DNA from: a virus
Taxonomy: Duplodnaviria > Heunggongvirae > Uroviricota > Caudoviricetes
Length of the DNA: 55,951 nt
Strand: one strand, 5' to 3'
Virus record (IMG/VR): IMGVR_UViG_2690316248_000012
Span: 1-55,951 of that record
Shown: positions 49,579 to 55,951 of the stretch, piece by piece
Layout of the letters: each line of letters starts with the position of its first letter
Numbering within the stretch: position 1 is the first letter of the stretch
The notes under the pieces: generated by a model
Databases searched by the model: none
Told to the model about the DNA's origin: nothing
What the model saw: only the letters and a program-made list of their open reading frames with translations
Program-made: the position numbers and the translations under genes

Positions 49579-50462
49579 TGTTTGCCGTACTGGGTGATAT
49601 TGAGTTTGAGCTGATTACCTACTGGGACGGCTTCGAGGCCACGTTCGGCGTCGATTATGCGGAGCATGCCCGCATCGGGGGTAAGCCTGGCCTGCAGTTC
49701 GTCGGCGACAGGCTGGACGAAATCCAGATAACTCTGGTTTTCCATCAGCATTATTGTGTACCCGATGTGGAGCTGGCGAGACTGCGAACAGCCATGAAAG
49801 CCCATCAGGCACTGGCGCTGGTCTTCGGCAACGGTGACTATCGCGGCTGGTTCGTGATTACCGATGTGACTGCAACCAGCGAGCAGACTGACAGTACCGG
49901 CAACGTGCTGGCTGTCAGTGCCACCGTGTCTCTCCGGGAATACACCGGTGACCCGAAAAATCCTCTGCAACCACCGGCAATACGCACGAAGCTCCCGGGT
50001 GTCGGGGCGGTCTCCGGTGCCATTCCTTCACCTTCCGGGGTGGCGCAGTTCATCCGCAACGGCGTCAACTATGCGAAACAGGCGCAGTCTGTACTCCAGA
50101 CCACTATCAGCGCCGTTCGGGTGACACAGAAAATGAAGGATAACCCCGTTGTCGCACTGACCCGTGTGCCGGGGCTGATGAGCGGACTGGGTAATATCTC
50201 CGGGGCTCTGGGGAAAAGTGTTCCGGCGTTTAACGCACTCTCTGAATCCATGCCCGATGCCATCAGTCTGGCCAGAACAGCCAGCGAAGCAGCCACGTAT
50301 GTACAGCAGGCACAGTCTGCGCTGAGTGGTGTGGACAAAAGAAATATTGCAGGTGCTCTGGATACCGTTTCCGGGCAGCTTAACGCCGTCGGAACAGCAT
50401 TCAACCGCATGTCTCCGGGATTAAGTGCAATGGCCGCCAGAATACTGACGAGGAGTGTGTGA
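49578..50462 (+). CDS. tail protein (gpU-like N-terminus; Mu N position)
   Basis: 294 aa; start overlaps tape measure stop; N-terminus resembles the gpU-like protein at 4262-4747. Confidence 0.5.
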   Translation: MFAVLGDIEFELITYWDGFEATFGVDYAEHARIGGKPGLQFVGDRLDEIQITLVFHQHYCVPDVELARLRTAMKAHQALALVFGNGDYRGWFVITDVTATSEQTDSTGNVLAVSATVSLREYTGDPKNPLQPPAIRTKLPGVGAVSGAIPSPSGVAQFIRNGVNYAKQAQSVLQTTISAVRVTQKMKDNPVVALTRVPGLMSGLGNISGALGKSVPAFNALSESMPDAISLARTASEAATYVQQAQSALSGVDKRNIAGALDTVSGQLNAVGTAFNRMSPGLSAMAARILTRSV

Positions 50463-50674
50463 TGTTTCTTGAACATGTTACCCGTGACGGAGAGCGCTGG
50501 GATTCGCTGGCATGGCAGTACTACGGTGACCCGCTGGGCTATCCCCGGATTATTGCCGCCAATCCGCACGTGGCCATCACGCCGGTGCTGCCCTCCGGGC
50601 TGTTGTTACTGATCCCGGTGATTGAGGCTGAAGAAGCCCGTACAGAAGAGGATATTGCCCCATGGCTGAGATAA
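50459..50674 (+). CDS. tail protein X-like (P2 gpX family)
   Basis: 71 aa; WQYYGDP...IIAANP...VLP pattern matches P2 gpX by eye. Confidence 0.55.
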   Translation: MMFLEHVTRDGERWDSLAWQYYGDPLGYPRIIAANPHVAITPVLPSGLLLLIPVIEAEEARTEEDIAPWLR

Positions 50675-51834
50675 ACAGCACTGCGCAAGTCACATCAGCG
50701 TTAACCGGCGTCAGCGATGTGCTGACACCGGTGTTCACTCTGTGGTATCTGCAGAAAAACATCACCTCTGATATCGCGCCTTATGTCACCCGTGTGACCT
50801 GGAGCGATAACATCAAAAATGAGTCCGATACCATTGAGGTGGAGCTGGACGACACCGATGGCCGCTGGCTGGATAAGTGGTATCCGGGCAAGGGTGACAC
50901 GCTGACGCTGAAAATGGGCTATCAGGACGAGAAGCTGCTGTCCTGCGGTACGTTCTCTATAGACGAGATCGAAGTGAGTTCGCCCGCTTCCGTTGTTTCT
51001 ATCCGTGGGGTGGCCACCTCGGTTAACAGTGCCCTGCGGACTAAAACCAGTCGTGGTTTTGAGAACACCACGCTGGCAGCTGTTGCGGGGCGGATTGCCA
51101 GAAAGCACCGGCTGAAACTGGTGGGCAGCATTGAGTCCATCAGAATCGACCGGGTGACCCAGTATGCTGAAACCGACGTGGGTTTTCTGCGCCGGCTGGC
51201 CAGCGAGTATGGTTATGCAGTGAAAGTGGTCAGTGACCAGCTGATTTTTTCTCATCTGGCCACACTGCGCAGTCAGGAGCCGGTCAGGCAGTTAAAACCG
51301 CAGGATGTGGCCCGCTTTTCCCTGCGTGACACCATCAACCGGGTCTATAAATCTGCAAAGGTAAAACACCAGAAAAGCAGCAGTAAAAAACTGATCGTCT
51401 ACGAAGCTGATGGTGGTACCCGTGAAAGCGACAAAAAGCTCAAAGGTGGTAAGGTTACCAGCGCTGACTCACTTAAAGTTAACAGCCGCGTCAGCGACCC
51501 GGACAGTGCCCGGATTAAAGCGGATTCAGCACTGGCCAGACATAACGAATACCAGCAGAACGGCTCCCTGACGCTGACGGGAACACCTCAACTGACAGCA
51601 GGCAACAAAATTGAACTGGTGGGTTTTGGGCAGTTATCCGGGCCATGGCTCATAACCACTGCCCGCCATGCGTTTGACCGTAACAGCGGCTACACCACAG
51701 AGCTGGAAGTGGCACGGGGGCCGATCACACAGGGCAAGGCGAAGAAAGGTAAAAAAATCGGCAAAACCCGGATGCTGACCATCTATAAACCGGACGGCAG
51801 CACGTCCACAGTAATAAGAGAGAAGAAAAAATGA
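50662..51834 (+). CDS. gpD-like tail protein (Mu P position)
   Basis: 390 aa; paralogous to the P2-like D at 3165-4265. Confidence 0.7.
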   Translation: MAEINSTAQVTSALTGVSDVLTPVFTLWYLQKNITSDIAPYVTRVTWSDNIKNESDTIEVELDDTDGRWLDKWYPGKGDTLTLKMGYQDEKLLSCGTFSIDEIEVSSPASVVSIRGVATSVNSALRTKTSRGFENTTLAAVAGRIARKHRLKLVGSIESIRIDRVTQYAETDVGFLRRLASEYGYAVKVVSDQLIFSHLATLRSQEPVRQLKPQDVARFSLRDTINRVYKSAKVKHQKSSSKKLIVYEADGGTRESDKKLKGGKVTSADSLKVNSRVSDPDSARIKADSALARHNEYQQNGSLTLTGTPQLTAGNKIELVGFGQLSGPWLITTARHAFDRNSGYTTELEVARGPITQGKAKKGKKIGKTRMLTIYKPDGSTSTVIREKKK

Positions 51835-52427
51835 CTGGTGTCACTCGTCAGGTCGGTACGGTCAGTGCCGTTGATGCCGACAGGGTTCAGGCCCGCGTTC
51901 GTCTGCCTGAATGCGATAACCTGCGCACAAACTGGCTTAACGTGCTGCAGCGCAATACCCAGGATAACAAAGATTACTGGCTCCCTGACGTGGGGGAGCA
52001 GGTTGAGGTGCTGCTCGATGCCAACGGCGAGGATGGTGTTATTCTGGGCGCGGTGTATTCAGACGTCGATAAACCACCGTTCAGTGACAAAAATATCCGG
52101 GGAACCCGGTTTGCTGATGGTGCAGAGTACAGCTACAACCGGAAGACGCACACTCTGATCATCCGGGGCGGCATTGAGCATATTGTCATTGAGTGTGGTG
52201 CTGATGTGGTATTGAAAACACAGAAAGCCACGATTGACGCACCGGAAACCGAACTTACCGGAGATCTGCGTGTCAGGGGTAAGCTGATTTACGAAGGAGG
52301 CATGGCGGGTTCTGGTGGTGAAGGTGTTACCGCGACCATCCATGGCAATATCGAGATTAAAGGGAATGCCCATGCCACGGGCAGTATGTTGTCTGATGGC
52401 GAAAACTCCAGCCACCACTCCCACTGA
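51831..52427 (+). CDS. baseplate spike/assembly protein (gpV-like)
   Basis: 198 aa; alignable by eye with 15465-16043. Confidence 0.7.
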   Translation: MTGVTRQVGTVSAVDADRVQARVRLPECDNLRTNWLNVLQRNTQDNKDYWLPDVGEQVEVLLDANGEDGVILGAVYSDVDKPPFSDKNIRGTRFADGAEYSYNRKTHTLIIRGGIEHIVIECGADVVLKTQKATIDAPETELTGDLRVRGKLIYEGGMAGSGGEGVTATIHGNIEIKGNAHATGSMLSDGENSSHHSH

Positions 52428-52481
52428 GCTTTTTAAACGCCTTTAATATCAGCGTTCCCGCACGGGGGCAATACTGCCCCC

Positions 52482-52829
52482 ATGAAAACAACCTCAGTAT
52501 TCTGGCAACCGACCCTGCAGGCTCCCGGCGAAATTGTCCGGGGGCTGGATGATATCCGGCAGGCGATTCAAATTATCCTGCGGACTCCCCGCGGCAGCGA
52601 CCCGCATCGCCCGGAGTTCGGCAGCAATCTGCATCTTTATATCGACTGGCCTGTAGACCGGGCCATTCCGCATGTGGTGCGCGAATCCGTCGATGCCATC
52701 CGACGCTGGGAGCCCCGCTGCCAGCTTATGTCAGTTAAACCCGCCGTCGACGGCGAACATCTTACGCTCCGGGTGAGCTGGAAAGGCTCAGACGGACAGA
52801 CCCGGACTCAGGAGTTGCTATGGCGCTGA
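52482..52829 (+). CDS. baseplate wedge protein (GPW/gp25-like)
   Basis: 115 aa; paralogous to 15109-15468. Confidence 0.7.
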   Translation: MKTTSVFWQPTLQAPGEIVRGLDDIRQAIQIILRTPRGSDPHRPEFGSNLHLYIDWPVDRAIPHVVRESVDAIRRWEPRCQLMSVKPAVDGEHLTLRVSWKGSDGQTRTQELLWR

Positions 52830-53923
52830 CAGAACCCGATTTTATTGAACGCGATGCCGACAAAATCACGGCAGAAATGATTGCGAAGTATGAAGCGGAT
52901 ACCGGCAAAACGCTGTACCCGGCACAGGCAGAACGTCTGCTGATTGATCTGTGGGCCTATCGCGAAATGCTGGTCAGGGTTGCGGTACAGGAGGCAGCAA
53001 AGCAGAATCTGGTCGCCTTTTCACGAGAGCCGATGATTGATTACCTCGGAGAACTGGTTGGTGTATACCGCCTTGCCGCGCAGCCTGCCACCACCACACT
53101 TCAGTTCTCTGTGGATGAGGCACTGACCATTGATGTGCTGATCCCGGCAGGCACCCGCGTCAGCGCTTCCGACAGCGTTATTTTTGCCACCGATACAGAT
53201 GTGGTACTGAAGGCCGGATTGCTGCTGGTCAATGTCACGTCCACCTGTACCGAACCCGGTACCGCTGGTAACGGCTGGCAACCTGCGCAGGTCAGTCAGT
53301 TACTCGATGAGATTGATAACGTCGACCTGCTGGTGAGCAATCTGACGGCCAGTTCCGGCGGTTCAGAACAGGAAGACGATGACAGGCTCCGGGAGCGTAT
53401 CAGGCTGGCCCCGGAGTCATTCACCAATGCCGGAAGCCGTGGCGCATACCGCTTTCATGCCATGCAGGCCCATCCCAACATTGTCGATGTTGCTGTGCTT
53501 TCCCCGGTTCCCGGGACCGTAGATCTGTATCCGCTGCTCAGTACCGGTCTGCCGGACGGCGGTGTTCTCACGCTGGTAGAGAGTTTCTGCTCTGATGAGA
53601 AAGTCAGGCCACTCACTGATACAGTGCGGGCTAAAACACCAGTGAAGGTGGATTACACCATTGAAGCCAGGATTACGATCTATCGTGATCAGGATGCCAG
53701 GTCTGTAAAAGATGCCGCTAACAGCGCCATACAGAACTGGGTGGCATCACGTGCCGCCACGCTGGGGCGTGATATTGTCCCCAGCCAGATTATCAGTGCA
53801 TTGTCCGTTTCCGGGGTGTACCAGGTTGAACTGGTGACACCGGCACTGAGGGTGGTGGCAGAAAACGAATGGGCAAACTGTACGGCGATCACACTTAACA
53901 TGAGTGGAGTGTCTGATGACTGA
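52820..53923 (+). CDS. baseplate protein J-like
   Basis: 367 aa following the gpW-like gene. Confidence 0.7.
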   Translation: MALTEPDFIERDADKITAEMIAKYEADTGKTLYPAQAERLLIDLWAYREMLVRVAVQEAAKQNLVAFSREPMIDYLGELVGVYRLAAQPATTTLQFSVDEALTIDVLIPAGTRVSASDSVIFATDTDVVLKAGLLLVNVTSTCTEPGTAGNGWQPAQVSQLLDEIDNVDLLVSNLTASSGGSEQEDDDRLRERIRLAPESFTNAGSRGAYRFHAMQAHPNIVDVAVLSPVPGTVDLYPLLSTGLPDGGVLTLVESFCSDEKVRPLTDTVRAKTPVKVDYTIEARITIYRDQDARSVKDAANSAIQNWVASRAATLGRDIVPSQIISALSVSGVYQVELVTPALRVVAENEWANCTAITLNMSGVSDD

Positions 53924-54494
53924 GCCATTACAACTCCCGCCACCGCTTGAGGGTGATATCAGTCTCAGGACGCTGGGAAGACTGGCAGGGCGGCTGGATA
54001 ACATCGACCTGAGCGTACTGATGGTCTTTCTCGTCGATATCGTCGACAGTTCTGCGCTGCCATGGCTGGGCGAGCAGTTCTCACTGTCTGGCGATGGCTG
54101 GGAGCTGGCGGAATCGGACGATGTTCGCCGCATGCTTATAAAAGCAGCCATCGAACTACACCGGTATAAAGGGACGCCGTGGTCAATCCGGGAAGTTATC
54201 CGCCGTTTTGGCTTTGGTGAAGTGGATCTGATTGAAGGCACAGGTCGTCTCAGTTACGACGGCAATCGCAGCTATAACGGACTGTTTGTTCATGGAGATG
54301 CAGCCGCCTGGGCGGTTTATCGCGTTATTCTGAAACAGCCCATTACTAACGATCAGGCCGCGATGCTGCGTCAGACGCTCGCTGCATTTGCACCGGCCCG
54401 CTGCCATCTGGCCAGCCTGGAGTATCAGTCTGTGGCCATTCGCTATAACAATACCGCCATCCATGATGGCAGTTATAACCACGGGAGCAGTTGA
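53904..54494 (+). CDS. baseplate/tail protein gpI-like
   Basis: 196 aa between J-like and the fibre gene. Confidence 0.6.
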   Translation: MECLMTEPLQLPPPLEGDISLRTLGRLAGRLDNIDLSVLMVFLVDIVDSSALPWLGEQFSLSGDGWELAESDDVRRMLIKAAIELHRYKGTPWSIREVIRRFGFGEVDLIEGTGRLSYDGNRSYNGLFVHGDAAAWAVYRVILKQPITNDQAAMLRQTLAAFAPARCHLASLEYQSVAIRYNNTAIHDGSYNHGSS

Positions 54495-54496
54495 TT

Positions 54497-55951
54497 ATGG
54501 GAAACCTGAATGAAACAGAAAAGTGGGAAGAAAAAATCTATCAACTGGAGACATCAGATCCGGTTCTGGGTGGTGCTGACGGGATATCAAATCGAGCCCC
54601 CCGGCAACTGGCAAACAGGACGAAATGGCTGAAGAAAAAAACGGAGGAAGCCGCACAGTCACTGGCTGAACACGTACGTTCCCGTAACCACCCGGACGCG
54701 ACACTGACAGCTAAGGGGTTCACCCAACTGAGCAGTGCCACCAACAGCACCTCTGAAACGCTGGCCGCCACACCAAAGGCCGTCAAGGCTGCATATGACC
54801 TAGCTGCCGGCAAGGCCCCCGTCAGCCACACTCACCCGTGGAGTCAGATAACGGGAGTGCCTGCTGCCTCGCTGACGGCAAAAGGCACCGTACAACTGAG
54901 CAGCGCCACGGACAGTCAATCAGAAACTGAGGCTGCCACGCCGAAGGCTGTGAAAATCGCGTATGATCTGGCCCGGGGAAAATACACAGCCCAGGATGCA
55001 ACAACGACCCGTAAAGGGATCGTACAACTGAGCAGTGCCACCAACAGCACCTCTGAAACGCTGGCCGCCACACCAAAGGCCGTCAAGGCTGCATATGACC
55101 TGGCTGCCGGCAAGGCCCCCGTCAGCCACACTCACCCGTGGAGTCAGATAACGGGAGTGCCTGCTGCCTCGCTGACGGCAAAAGGCACCATACAATTGAG
55201 CAGTGCCATCAACAGCACGTCTGAAATACTGGCCGCCACACCGAAAGCGGTCAAGGCTGCATACGATCTGGCAAACGGAAAACAACCGGCAGATGCCACG
55301 CTCACTGCTCTGGCAGGACTTGCCACTGCAGCAGATCGGTTGCCTTATTTTACCGGAGCAGACCGCGCAGCGCTGGCAACCCTTACAGCTATTGGTCGCG
55401 CTATTATCGCTAAGGGCAGTATAAAAGATGTCCTCAATTACCTTGGTTTAGGAGAAGGCTCGGCGCTACCCGTTGGTGTGCCTGTTCCGTGGCCCACCGC
55501 CACACCGCCAGCAGGCTGGTTAAAGTGCGACGGGCGCGCCTTTACAAAAGAACAATATCCTGTTCTGGCCAGAGTCTACCCGACCCTCCGTCTTCCCGAT
55601 TTACGCGGTGAGTTTATCCGTGGATGGGACGACGGGCGCAAAGTTGATACAGGACGTTCATTGCTAAGTGGTCAGGCTGCAACATTTATTCGTACAGCTT
55701 TGCAGGATTATTACGGTTACGATCTGAATACTAATGTCAAAGTAGGTATCGCTTTTGCTACTGCTGATTCTGTTATAACCGTTGGAAACCCAGCTAATCC
55801 TAAAGCAGGAAATAATAGCGATTATGTTCCTGCATCAGCAGATAACTCTATAACGGGTATTCAAAGGACAGCGGAGGATAATTTTACCGGGGCATGGATA
55901 TCAATGCGCCCCCGCAATGTTGCGTTTAATTACATCGTAAGGGCCGCATAA
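54497..55951 (+). CDS. tail fibre protein with internal repeats and crossover-site-containing C-terminus
   Basis: Repeated TAKGxxQLSSATNSTSET / ATPKAVKAAYDLA motifs; C-terminal GLGEGSALPVGVPVPWP...NVAFNYIVRAA matches the alternative fibre segment at 10798-11194. Confidence 0.8.
   Translation: MGNLNETEKWEEKIYQLETSDPVLGGADGISNRAPRQLANRTKWLKKKTEEAAQSLAEHVRSRNHPDATLTAKGFTQLSSATNSTSETLAATPKAVKAAYDLAAGKAPVSHTHPWSQITGVPAASLTAKGTVQLSSATDSQSETEAATPKAVKIAYDLARGKYTAQDATTTRKGIVQLSSATNSTSETLAATPKAVKAAYDLAAGKAPVSHTHPWSQITGVPAASLTAKGTIQLSSAINSTSEILAATPKAVKAAYDLANGKQPADATLTALAGLATAADRLPYFTGADRAALATLTAIGRAIIAKGSIKDVLNYLGLGEGSALPVGVPVPWPTATPPAGWLKCDGRAFTKEQYPVLARVYPTLRLPDLRGEFIRGWDDGRKVDTGRSLLSGQAATFIRTALQDYYGYDLNTNVKVGIAFATADSVITVGNPANPKAGNNSDYVPASADNSITGIQRTAEDNFTGAWISMRPRNVAFNYIVRAA
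54728..55190. repeat. two near-identical ~160-bp copies spaced 300 bp apart inside the tail fibre gene
   Basis: ctgagcagtgccaccaacagcacctctgaaacgctggccgccacaccaaaggccgtcaaggctgcatatgacct... at about 54728 and 55028. Confidence 0.8.
55443..55458. repeat. crossover-like site (ttggtttaggagaagg) inside the tail fibre gene
   Basis: Same core as the inverted repeats at 10779-10793 and 12558-12572. Confidence 0.6.

Overview
The window opens with about 2.6 kb of enterobacterial (E. coli-type) chromosome (grxA, ybjM, ybjL) and is then prophage DNA to its end. Three modules are distinguishable. (1) 2.85-20.0 kb, minus strand: a P2-like late region with no head genes, running ogr, D, U, T, E/E', FII, FI, a serine invertase with a 1.8 kb invertible tail-fibre segment, G, H, I, J, W, V, S, R and lysC/lysB/lysA; an AT-rich insertion between S and V carries a P2 Old-family ATPase-TOPRIM nuclease. 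(2) 20.3-30.4 kb, minus strand: a Mu-like transposable-phage early region (c, ner, DDE transposase A, AAA+ protein B, gam, accessory ORFs, gemA, mor), followed at 30.4-32.4 kb by a Dam methylase and an unrecognised P-loop protein. (3) 32.5-55.95 kb, plus strand: a Mu-like late region (lysis cassette, terminase, portal, F, G, protease, capsid, sheath, tube, tape measure with a triplicated repeat, baseplate, tail fibre). The late region is inverted relative to the early region and a second, P2-type tail module is fused to the Mu-like early genes, so the locus is chimeric or rearranged. No tRNA, rRNA, CRISPR array or tyrosine integrase was seen. The strongest defence-system candidates are the Old-like nuclease island and the Dam/P-loop block. 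All calls rest on reading the translations and sequence by eye; no searches were run.
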